From Circinaria calcarea (Eukaryota), in contig JAVECS010000002.1 of the NCBI GenBank assembly GCA_051942165.1, positions 46,663 to 66,662 on the forward strand: a DNA stretch of 20,000 nucleotides, given 5' to 3'. The position numbers and the translations under genes were made by a program. Each line of letters starts with the position of its first letter. Within the stretch, counting starts at the first letter, position 1. Below the pieces are notes generated by a model, which was not told the DNA's origin, ran no database searches, and saw only the letters and a program-made list of their open reading frames with translations. This document shows positions 1 through 10,702 of the stretch, one piece after another.

Positions 1-1430
1 CTCCACCTGCTTGCCTTTGCAGCAGTATATTAACAACGCGCCTCCTAGCTTTATGCTCGCTATGTCAATCTTCCTAACCATGTTGGGAGGTGCTGCCAGA
101 GTTTTCTATAACCGACGAAGGTTAATCTTTTCCTGCACGTTCAAAGAAGGTTTGCTGATTCAGGCCTGACAGGCTTCGCAGACATGGGCGAGCTACAAAT
201 CTCAGGGAGACGCGGATAGAAATGGTCGAACAGGCTCATAGGAGATATCGCACAATTCAAGGAGATATATTCGGCGTTGAAGCCGCCGATCCTAGCCCTT
301 ATCAAGGACCAATGCAATCGAGATTTGGATCCGTTGCCAAAGGGCAATCACTCTCTGTACTGTCGTCTACGAAGTCAAGCATTAACCCGACGGCTCCAAA
401 ACCTGCGTACCTATCATTATCAAAAAAGACTGCCACGTCTTCCGCGATAGCAAGACTATCGTCCCCTCTGGAACTCAACCCTATTACAGCAGACGACTTC
501 CCCTGGTTTCAGGCTCCAAGAAAGGCCCCGAAGCCGAATGGAGCGAGAATAGGAGATACAGATGTAAGAAGTACAGCGATTCCTGCCTCCCCGACCTTCT
601 CAGATACCAGCATTACCGGAACAGTGACCTCACCATCATCTCCAAGGTCTCCCAAAGAAGTGTGCTCCCGCTTTTCGTTTGACTCCCCTCCTACCCTCCA
701 CCTATCTCGGGACTTCCGAGCTTCATTCCGATCTTGGTCTAAGTCGACCCGTAAAATTGGCCATAGCACTTCATCCTCAACCGCTACCATTACAAGATCA
801 CTATCCAGTGACTCGAGACCTCCCTCGCAATTTGTCTCGGCAATAAATAATGCGGAGCCTTCTCCTCGGCCACTGCGAATTTACCGCGGCGAGCGTCCCT
901 TCTTCGGTTCTTCGATATACGACCGATCGGTAAGTAGGTTTCCTGTGAAGGCCACCTGGACGACCACTTCATCAAATGCCGACGCCGACGGAGTCCGTTC
1001 CAGCCACCACACGTCCGCCACCAGTTCCATCTACAGCACCAATTCCGACCTCGCAACTCAACTGCAATCACCCGACTCGAGCTTCTTCGAGCAACCGCCC
1101 ACCCCGTCCATACCAATCTCTACCCTAATCTTCCCAGTAGATGAACCTAGCTACTACCCTGTGATGTCCGAGGCCAAGCATAACACTGACGCCCACATCG
1201 ACCCTTCACCTACCAACACTCCCACTGGCTTGGCTCCCCTGATCGCTAGCAGTACTCGCCAAACCTCCGAACTTGGAGAGCTGTATGATTCGTACTGGCA
1301 GCACGTTCTCCTTGGTCCATCGGATGAGGAAAGATCGAAGCGTAAGGCGGGCGATTGGGGAGGGTTCGAACCGGTAGTCGTGGTAGGTGAGGTGGAGCAT
1401 GACAGCCGTGCATCGGGACTGGCCTTCTGA
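1..1430 (+). CDS. 5'-partial single-pass membrane protein with long Ser/Pro/Thr-rich, probably disordered cytoplasmic tail; join(<2..120,173..1430)
   Basis: ORF 222..1430 extends upstream in frame to 159. An intron 121..172 (GTTAAT...GCTGAT...CAG; an in-frame alternative acceptor at 163 is also possible) joins it to an open exon reading STCLPLQQYINNAPPSFMLAMSIFLTMLGGAARVFYNRR|RLRRH. This is a hydrophobic ~20-aa segment followed by an Arg cluster (positive-inside rule). The start lies upstream of the window. Confidence 0.75.
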
Positions 1431-1619
1431 TTCGAGGTAAGGAAGGTTGGAAGGAGTTGAGTGGTCAAGTGTGCTTGTAAGCGGGGGAACTTGGAAGGGA
1501 ACGGGTTGGGCTCATGAGCGTCACTAATCTGGGACTGCGGAAGCTGGAGTCTTTTCTTGCGTATTCCCATCTGAATGCGAGGATAGGATTTGGATGAGGG
1601 ATTTGAGTTATAATGGGTG

Positions 1620-2540
1620 ATGTATATACGTATTTTGACCACGAGAAGATATCTGAAAACTGCATACGACGTCAGTCGCACTACAGCTGTTGGGGTGCGT
1701 ATATGCTGGGGTTCTATACTCGATCTGATTTTCTTTTCCTCTTGCCTGCATTTTCATGATCTTTGTCCCCACCCTTTCCTCTTCCTCCCCCGTAATGAAT
1801 CACCAGGTTTCTCGACTTCCATCCTCCCCCTCAGAGTGAGGAAATCCATGATTGGTTCCAAGCATGTAAATCTTTCAACTGGGCCGAGAATTACGGGCGT
1901 GTTCCATCTCAGTGCGCCGAGGCCTTTTCCCAGCTCGATCGGATAGCAGCGGCTTTTGGGCTTAAGAGCTACTCACTCCTCTCCAGATGTAATATCACCA
2001 ATATAATTTTCCTTTCTCCCCAAATCGTCCTTTCAGAATTGGAGAGAAAAAAAGAAGAGGGGGGGTGAGGGGCTTGTTTAAGGGAAAGGGACGATGCGGA
2101 CGGAGAGGAGAGAAAGGGGGAAGGGAGACGAGAGGGTAGGGTAGGGAGATGGAGGTGAGGGTTTCCCTCTGACTTTTTTCCCTCGAGGAAGGGAAGAGGA
2201 GAGGAGAGGTGGGTGCTACTGGGAAAAAAACTGGGAGGAGCAAACGATAATGGGGGGGACTTGGGGATAAGAAAACACCTGGTTCGATTGGTTTTTATCG
2301 ACGCGAATAGCTACGGGGGGTAAGTGTTTCTCGCCCGTGCGGGGCTAATACAAAAAAAAAAAAAGAAGCCCCTGGGGTTGGAGAGGCGGGGGGATGTTCA
2401 AAAAGGAAAGGCAGATTAGAAGCGTTGAGGTAAAGTAAGTAGTCGAGTTGGTGGGTTTCTGATGCTATTTCTCGGACGGAAAGGGAGAGGGAAGGAGGAG
2501 GGTTGGTTTCTAGGAGTGCGCCAAGCAAGGATTGTCTATA
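1620..2540 (+). other. possible cryptic multi-exon small gene or spliced non-coding transcript
   Basis: Plus-strand donors GTGCGT 1695, GTGAGG 2065, GTAAGT 2320 and GTAAAG/GTAAGT 2430/2435. Intron 2320..2365 has a GCTAAT branch site. Exons 1835..2064, 2272..2319 and 2366..2429 join in one open frame. No family recognised. Confidence 0.3.
2040..2270 (+). repeat. purine (GA/G)-rich low-complexity tract
   Basis: Runs such as ggagagaaaaaaagaagaggggggg, ggagaggagagaaagggggaagggaga and gagagggtagggtagggag. Confidence 0.7.
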
Positions 2541-2814
2541 GCTGCAGGCGTTTGCATGCTGAGAGAACTATCAACAGGGTCTTCGTGTGGTCCGCGTCTG
2601 AATATTAAGTTAATATAATATTGTTACTTGGTTCCGTACGGTAACAAAGTTGGGAAGACAATTGTATCTGGTGGATGAGCCCTTTTGGGCTGACAATGAA
2701 ACAGGTTGTAGAATGAGGGCATATCATATCTAGGTTCCAGGGTGGAGAAAGCGACTCTAGACTGTTGCAGATTTTAACGTAGAAAGAAGTACAGAAACGA
2801 ATACACGAGACTAA

Positions 2815-3065
2815 CACTTAGCTAGGGCAAGGAATATAGACAAGGTCACGGCTAGCCATTGTGGTAGGGTCAATTGAAAAGTTATAGTTAGCTATTGGGT
2901 TCTGATTAGGCGTCGGTTTAGGGTTAGCCCAGGGTCAGCGTCAATCAAGGGATAGATTTTCACCCAAAGGTAGGTCTACCTAGAGGTAGAGCACACGATT
3001 AGCATTAGGGTCAAGAGTTGGGCCAGGGTCAAGCTTTAGGTTAGGGATTAAGCCAGGTCAAGAGT
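2815..3065 (+). repeat. degenerate telomere-like (TTAGGG variant) repeat tract
   Basis: TTAGGGTTAG at 2918-2927, TTAGGG at ~3005 and ~3041, and variants CCAGGG/CTAGGG/GTAGGG/TTAGGC. AGGGTCA occurs four times (~2866, 2931, 3007, 3025). Confidence 0.5.
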
Positions 3066-3400
3066 ATATGTGTTATGCGTACTCAAGAACCGGAACGCTT
3101 TCAGCCACCGAACACGTGGAGTAACTGCGATTTCTAGGCCTTCTCAAGCCGCAACATGTACGCGAACCGGGGTGAAAGTTGGCTTTGGCTAGGATTCGGT
3201 CCTCTGGGTGGGGACGAAGATCACACGTATATGACTTACAATTAGAATGGGTTCTAACGAAGACAGCAAGCCATTTGAGGTACCAAGCGCAATACATGGA
3301 GTGGGTACTGGAATTCTCGTCTGATATATCCATTGCGTATAACTCATAACGCACTGCAATATCTATAAAAAAGTCGAGCCGATAAAGTAGATAGAGCGGA

Positions 3401-3943
3401 TTATGACCCGACACATTGAAATGACAAGGACCAACAAGGCAATATACATGTAGGTGATAGATTATACCCCCATTGAAGTGAATATACCAGACGAAGATTG
3501 GGCAAAGCAACCAGCTGCTTTGACCGAACCCGTTTTCGCTTCATAGCCATGGAGTCAATCTCTTCGTCGGGTACTCTACCCATCAGGACCATCAGTATAC
3601 ATAACTCTATCGACTCTGCCTCCTCTTCTCGTACTGGAAGTCTCTTTTTGTCAGCACCATAATCTAAAAGAATCTGCTGAATTGCCTTATGTCCGAGTCG
3701 GGTTGCCATGGAGAATGGTGTGATATTAGAATCGCTCTTCGCATTCACGTTCGCCCCTAATCTTAATAGCACTTATACAGAGCCTCCTTTCTCCCGTCGA
3801 ACCGCGTGGTGGAGCGGGGTAAACCCACCGGGACCTTCAATGTCTATTTCCACGCCCTTCTTTACAAGCATGTAGGTAATCATCAAATGTCCTTCACTGG
3901 CCGCGGAGTGGATCATTATCACCCCCGTCCCCGTTCTCGAGTC
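3401..3943 (-). pseudogene. disrupted C-terminal extension of the NLR (3 more ankyrin repeats + tail)
   Basis: After a 1-nt shift at 3944/3943 the frame reads DSRTGTGVIMIHSAASEGHLMITYMLVKKGVEIDIEGPGGFTPLHHAVRREKGGSV*VLLRLGANVNAKSDSNITPFSMATRLGHKAIQQILLDYGAD. The in-frame TAA is at 3773-3775 and the frame continues into ORF 3401..3772. Confidence 0.85.
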
Positions 3944-6807
3944 ACATCAGCTTCACTCTCCAGCAGCCACGACATGATTTCTTCGTAACCACCTTCAGCA
4001 GCATAATGAATGGGCGTCATGCCCTCCTCGTCTCTTGCAAATGGATCAGCCCCATAATCTAGCAGCCACGAAACGATTTCTTCGTATCCACCTTCAGCAG
4101 CATAATGAATGGGCGCCATGCCCTCCTCGTCTCTTGCAAACGGATCGGCCCCATACTCCAGCAACACATGCACAGCTGATATGTGACCCTCCTGTGCTGC
4201 GCAATGCAATGCTGTTCTTCCGAAGTCATCTTTCATGTCAATATCCATCCCTGTTTTCAACAACTCCTTAATTGCCTTGCATTGCCCTGCTTCTGCCGCA
4301 CAGTGAAGCGACGTCCCATACCAATTAGCTTTCGTAGGATCAGCCCCCTCTGCCAGAAGCATCCGCACCAACTCTGAATGTCCATAAGACGCCGCTCGCA
4401 TCAATGCTGTAGTCCCTATATACGTTTTAGCGTCGATATCAACTTCTTTCGAGTCCACGATCTTGCGAGCTGCATCGTGTAGCCCAAACAAAGCCACTAC
4501 ATGCAGCTCAGTGACACTTTTGACTTCATCTGGCTCCCAATACTTTTTCCTCAATCCTCGCAAGAATTGATGGACTTGGATATGGAACGACCTTCTGAGC
4601 TTGGAGCGCAGGAGATTGAGAGCCAACTGAGCCACGCTTTCGTCTTGAGAACTCTGCACATGCTTTCCCCAGTGGGTTGCCGCATATCCGAGGAAAGGGT
4701 ATTCTTCCAACCGATCCAGGATGTCTTCTTCACGATCGCAACAGCCCTCCGCGAATGAGTCAAAGAAAAGGTATGTGAGACACATTTCTGCAATCTCGCT
4801 TTCACCGGAAGGGAATATCTCTTTCTGCTGGTCCCGAAAATATTCTTGTACGGCATAATGCACAAGGCGGATCCGCCCGCTTTCTTCATCAGTGGTGACT
4901 AAGCCCAAGCAGCATTCAACCATCATCTTCTGCGATGGACGATTCTTGGGATTCAAAGCAGGCTGTCCGGATCTGATGGCCAGGGCATCACTTAACTCAT
5001 TCACCATAAGTGGACTCTTTGCGTGCGATAACCACATCAAAGTGTTCATGCCCAATCGGTTTCGGCCACCGGGCTGTCGTTGGATCCTTGCCAACGTCTC
5101 CTTGAAGGCGTCATGCAAGGTTCGTGGCATTATGTCGAGTGCTTCCTCCATCTCTCCTGCAGTGGGTTCGCTCATAATTGTCTGGATCTGTAAGGCCGGT
5201 AAGAGGAACCTGAAGTGGGTTCAGATCCCGTATTCGCGAGGGAAAAGGGACGCCATATTCTGATAGATATGGTTACTTGGTCAGGCCTACTTACATTTTT
5301 TGAGCTCCACTTGTGATCCTTTCAATAATCTCAATTTTGAAACTTTCGTCGATGATATCTGTAAGACCACCAATCTCGATTTCTCTTGATAGATACCTCC
5401 TCAAATCTGACTCGCTTGCTTCAATCCTGATCTGTGGAGCCGAATCGAAAGTCCTTTTGATATCTTGAAGATATGGGCGACTTGTGACAAACAAACTGAT
5501 ATTCGGCGCTGTTTGTAGACTAGTCAAGACCTGCATGAAAGTCCTTCTATACCTGCCCTCGTCACATTCATCTAGAGCGTCAACAACGAAGAAGACTCGA
5601 TCAAAATCCTGGCAGGTAATCGAGAGCATTTTCTCGAGGTCTTGCAGTTGGGGTCGCTTTTGCTGGTCCCCCAGCTTTTCATGAATTTCCGAAACGGCTT
5701 TGGGAATTGCAGACCCTGTAGCAACAACTTGTTTAAGGAGACTGGCCAGCATATTATCTGGTGACTGGTGGTCTTGGTTCCGATAGTCAAAGTATAGAAA
5801 TGCTATAGCGGTATTCGGATTAGTGAAGTCATCCCTCAATCGATCGATCACTAGGGAACTGTACTCCGTAAATCTCTATCATTCTACAAAGACATTCACC
5901 GCAGGGCACATACGTAAGCACGGATTTTCCGGAGCCCTGGATGCCATGGCACCATAAGACCTTGGGTGAATCTTTATCGTCACGCCACTGCCGGAATTCG
6001 TTTCGATCCAGTAGCCACTCACCGGTGCCTTCGACACGTGGCATACGGATTGCGTGATGCTTTTGCTCGTATTCGAAGGTCGATATCCAATTGAGGATGT
6101 TCTCCCGCTCCTGAACTTCACGATGATTTCGTAACTCTCGATTTTGCTCTAATCAGTCCAGAATCAACTTGTGTATAGGGACAGTATGGGTGAAGTCATT
6201 TCATGTATTTCTCCAAGATAGGTTTACCTTCAATTGAACGCTTCATGGAACTTGAGTGAAGGTCGAGCTCCTTGAGTATTTGAAAGCTCTCAAGCTGCTT
6301 TCCTAGAATTTCCATGACATCCTCTGATGTCTTTGCAAGAAGTGCACTGATAGAATTAGAATTTGACGAGATTTGAGGAGGTAGATCACAAGGGCTTTAC
6401 CATCCATCGACCGTCAAGGCGAACTGGATCCACTGCGAAAATGCTCGTAGTTCCTGCATCGACTGTTGATGCTCCTTCTCGTTCAGAGGCCATAAGGCTC
6501 TGGTGATCCGGCTCTCTCCGACTGCAGTCAACTTATTATACAACGTCCTGATAGTGGCCTGGCAGGCACTAGTGCTAGAGACCAGCACGGAAGTTTCTCG
6601 AAACGACTGTCCTTTGGCATTCTCGCTACGGAGAAATTCGTCCAGACGCGACAAGTTCGAGTAGAGTATGTCAAGCTCCTTGGCCAGTGCAGCGGCAGCC
6701 TTGCTGGCATTCCTGGCGCCATCGAAGTACTCTTTGGTTAGGGTCAATGTCTTTGCAATCAATCCAATCAGACCTGTGATTCCAACAGCGAGAGAGAATG
6801 GATCCAT
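3919..6807 (-). CDS. fungal NLR-like STAND protein: HeLo-like N-terminal domain + NACHT NTPase + winged helix + 6 ankyrin repeats; complement(join(3919..5209,5295..5858,5914..6148,6228..6346,6401..6807)), 871 aa
   Basis: The N-terminus MDPFSLAVGITGLIGL...RALWPLNEKE is typical of fungal STAND HeLo-like domains. Other motifs: RVEGTGEWLL, Walker A GIQGSGKS, AFLYFDY, Walker B FVVDALDEC, FVTSR, MFLLPALQI, LVHYAVQEYF, YAATHWGKH, then ankyrin TALHxAA/GAD units. Four GT-AG introns (6347..6400, 6149..6227, 5859..5913, 5210..5294) are all phase-compatible. Confidence 0.92.
3961..4158 (-). repeat. two tandem 99-bp near-identical ankyrin-coding units
   Basis: 3961..4059 vs 4060..4158 differ at about 8 of 99 positions (counted by eye). 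The protein reads YGADPFARDEEGM(A/T)PIHYAAEGGYEEI(V/M)SWLL twice. Confidence 0.9.
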
Positions 6808-9118
6808 AACCAAGTGGTCAGGCGGCAGGTGACCATGGACCAAGTCAACCGCGCCAGGCAGGATTGATCAAGTGTCTGCGAATCATTCGGTGTTGGCGAT
6901 GAAGGCATGCAACGGCTGATAGAAACAGGCTGCAGTCCACGCTCGGGAAGTCGAGCCTGGGAGTCAAGATGGCAGCCTTGTAGGGTCATTGTAGCGACCG
7001 GGACCATGTAACGCCGTGCCTGGTTCATCCTGGCAGACCGAAACCGAGTGAGCTGGGCGCCAAGTCGCAAGGCTGAAATCGTAAATACCTACCTAAGTCT
7101 CGGCGCACGCACATAAGTTATTGCGGGTATTTGAATATCGCAACACCACTTATTTTATATACAAATTGGACATGAATCGACCATGAAAATCGTTGTCGCC
7201 TTCATGCTGTATGATCTTTTCAAGTATGGAGGTATGCGCTCAATCCATTCATTGATCAATTACGCCTATAGAAGTTACCTCTGCACAGAGTGCCCGTGCG
7301 CGGAGACTTAAAACCAGAAAGAGGTTCCATTCCAATCATCTACGCTATGGCATCGCTCTCCCAAGGCCAAGGCCCACCAACATTTCACCCTACCGTTGGA
7401 TGTTCCCCTAAGCCTTGACACACTTACCCGGCGGCCTTTACACGAACATATGACATGGCCCCTCAATTGCGGGAAGCGGGGTACAACCCTCGTTTCTCCA
7501 CGAAATCCAAAGTCTATGATGCTTGCAAGATTACGTTGGCCGGTTCGGGGAATTAAGCATGTGGTGTCTGATAATGGAGATAAGAAGTGAGAGGGAACGG
7601 GAACGGGAAAATGCTGATAGGAGAATGACGAGATCAGGTTGAGGAAGTGAAGGCAGGAAGACTTAATACGAGGGATAAGAGGGGAAGGATCATCGATTAT
7701 GCCGCCGAGAAGAGAATTGCTTACGACGAAGGCATTGAGATTAGCAGCTGCGAGGCTAGCCTTGGAAACGAAGACTTGTGTGAAAGTGGCTTGAGCCTGA
7801 AGGTGGTAGAGGTTCGCCTATATGCTGGCATGACGCTGACTTCATAAGCGGGACACCCCCCTTCTCATCCCGTGTCGATCGATCTTTTCATTCCTACGGG
7901 TGTTGTTATCAGACTTCCCGTTTCCATGCAATCTCGCCTCACTTTAGCTAACTCCGGCTAGTAGATAGTACCATTAGCCTTCTCCACCAATTTGTAAGGT
8001 ATCCATTAGCAGGTCGCCCAATTGCGGCACATCATGCTCTCTTCGTTTCCTTCGTTGCGTTTCACGCACGTTCCTACACCTGCCTAGTTTCTGCGAACCA
8101 TCCGCCAGTTTGCGAACTGTATTCTTCCACACTGCTGAATGGTGCCAAGGAGGACATATTTTGATGCACATCATCCCGCGGTTGTGTCGCTTAAGATTAG
8201 TGGTTCTCAAGTTTACAGATCTATATGGCGTGATGATACCCTCATACAAACGTCGTATATGACCACTAGTTTCCGCTTCCGGCTATCATTTCTCTGTTCC
8301 TCTTCCCCTCCCAAAACAAGGCATCCTTTCGTTTAGGAGTCCTTCACCTCAGCCTTCTCCAGATACTCTCTCAAACCTGCTCACCGGGATATAGCCAAGT
8401 TAGCCCCTAGGATCATGTACTCTTCCACCTCCCGAAACCATGGCTATATAGGCCTCCCACTAGATAAGCAGTTTCCGGCCTTGCGTTGTCATTGTGTACC
8501 ATTGTGGTCCGCGGCCCTTCCAAGCAGGTGATGTGAGGTATTAGTTTAGACAAGTTTATAGGGTTGAGCTACCGCCTAAAAACCGTTGCTCTGGCAGCCT
8601 GAATCAGCTGCAACCTAGGGGATAAGTCAAGGTGGGTTGGCACAAGTCAGATACTAGGAGTGCATTGAAATAAGTTTGAGGAGTTTCAGCCTTCCCAAGT
8701 GGAAAACAGACTCAGTTCAGATCAACTGACCTCATGATCGTGATCTTAGAAGATGTCACGCATGAGACCTCGTATACCTTACGATCGTCCCATTACCTAA
8801 AATTATTGGTTTATGTAAATATCGACAAGGCTGCAAGATTGTCGTGTGCTGTGATGGGAGCGGTTGCCTGGAAGCAACTTGGAGAGTACGTTACATCTCG
8901 GGTCACGTGCCAAGCGCTCCCCCAAAACGTCTCACGTCACCCTTATTGTTTACTCAGTACCAGTACGTCTCAGACCGGGTGCGTAACTCTCATTCCAAAG
9001 CTTCATCTAACCATTCAGGCACTCGTCTTACATACGGATCTATAAGCCACAATGATCATTTAGTTCATATTCTTTTGAACTCCTTTGTTTATAGCAGAAC
9101 CATCAAAGATCTATCAGA

Positions 9119-10630
9119 GATGACATCAAATCTTCAAGTTTTTGCTAGGAATCTTAATATCAGTATTAGTAACAGTAGCAGCAGGAATTGTATGCTATAA
9201 CGCATTGAGCCCCTACCACCGTATTCTTACTACAGGCAAAAAGAAGGACCTGTACTCGAGGATAGCCTTCGAGAGTTGTGATAATGTTAGCATTCTAGAG
9301 TCACCACGTCATTCCCACCTTCCTAGCAGAAACTTCAGGTCACGGGAGATTATAAACGGCTAACTACTCGTAGCGAAATTGTCACTTGGAAAAGTTAGTG
9401 TCAACCTTGAGATCTAAACCGCAAATTCTACACGAGTGCCTGATCTAGGTTCGAAAGCAGATCCGTTGCAGCCGAATCTTTTAGGTGGTACGGCTAGACC
9501 CGAGAGCCAAACATAGTGAGAGTAACAGAAGACGGTAGTAGCAGTTGCAAGTAGAGACTCCTTCTCGTGGATAACTACGCCAAGGCTTCCAGATATCTTG
9601 ACATCTAATTTTCAAACATGCAAAAAGTTTCAAGGATGTTTGGATAGTTCCATTCGATTCAAACCTTTTACAGCGGATCGAAATGAAGAATATACCAGCT
9701 TTCCAGTGCCATCAGAACTTTCGAATATGTAATGCAGATCTTCGCAGTAAATAAGTCGTGATATAGACCTTTTGGGTTCGCGAAAACTCAAGACTCCTAA
9801 GCAGGACTGTTTAAGAAGAGGCTTGTGAGCTTAACTTAAAGTTCCCGGCGTACACTGCAAGGAGTATAAGGACTAGAACGGCTTGCGTTAAGGTTGATAG
9901 TCTTGATACTGGTAATGAAATCACGTTGCAAGAAGTTCTCCTAGCTATGAAGCGTAACTTTATGTAATAGCAGCTAATTTTCTAAAAATGACTCCCATTA
10001 GAGAGCCCTTGAGCCTATGCCATGTATATAAAACGATTTGACGATAAGGAGTGGCTGGAAGTTTCCCATTAAGCTTGAACCTACCTACCTTCTCACAGAG
10101 ATCTTAGTTAGTTGTCCTTCCATTGAGAAGGGAAGAGCTTACCCGTAGGCAAACCTCTGTTCGCGCAGACCCAAATTGTAGCCAGCCAGAGGCGTCGTGA
10201 TAACAAGTTTTTGTGGCTGAGGCCAACCCTCGTTATGAAGTCGGGAATATCGTAAATAACAAATACGGCCATGCTGATTGGGTGCTCAATTGCCGATTTT
10301 TCGTAAGGTACAGTTAATAACACTTATTGCCAATACTAAGTGCTGCATAAAATTGTTTGTGACTATCTGAAGTAAGGAAATCGTAAAGTGTAAGCTGGAA
10401 AGAATGACGGTATAAAAGAAAGTGACTATGGTGCCCAGAGATGCATTCAGCTTGGAGGCCATCTTAATACGAATATAGTTTGCCTGGTTCTGTCGATTTA
10501 AGATCTTGATTACTGGCCGTGATCTGCTAGCTAAGGAATCAATTTGTCTCCACGCAGCTTTGCTACAGGTACTTTTCATGTACGAGCTAAGGATGCACGG
10601 TTAGTATCACTCTCCAGTTTGTATATCTGG
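9119..10630 (+). pseudogene. possible RIP-degraded gene relic of unknown family
   Basis: AT/TpA-rich stretch beginning with a signal-anchor-like segment MTSNLQV/LLGILISVLVTVAAGIVCYNAL encoded largely by NTA/NCA codons. Long protein-like frames follow, broken by scattered stops and frameshifts. Confidence 0.3.
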
Positions 10631-10702
10631 TAGCTGGAGAGAGCTGGTGAGCCTTGTTCATGTAGATGGCCACTATATGTATGTCGATTAACCCTTGTCC
10701 GG

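Noticed and set aside
141..1681. Minus-strand ORFs overlapping the first gene (e.g. 509..790, 790..1116, 1154..1681)
   Set aside because: Antisense shadows of a low-complexity CDS.
1830..1975. CAGAGTGAG (U3 box B-like) and AATCCATGA (RNase MRP-like) words
   Set aside because: The other required conserved boxes are absent; chance matches.
3073..3510. 145-aa Cys/His/Tyr-rich minus-strand ORF after the NLR tail
   Set aside because: Non-ATG first codon, overlaps the NLR tail and shows no coherent metal-finger spacing.
3773..3775. NLR premature stop as an A-to-I editing (stop-correction) site
   Set aside because: It is TAA, not TAG; Trp is not expected at this ankyrin position; and the upstream frameshift would remain.
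6401..6850. Amyloid signalling motif (HET-s/sigma/PP type) at the NLR N-terminus or in a neighbouring gene
   Set aside because: The N-terminus is a helical HeLo-like domain with no N/G/Q-rich pseudo-repeat, and no adjacent effector gene was found.
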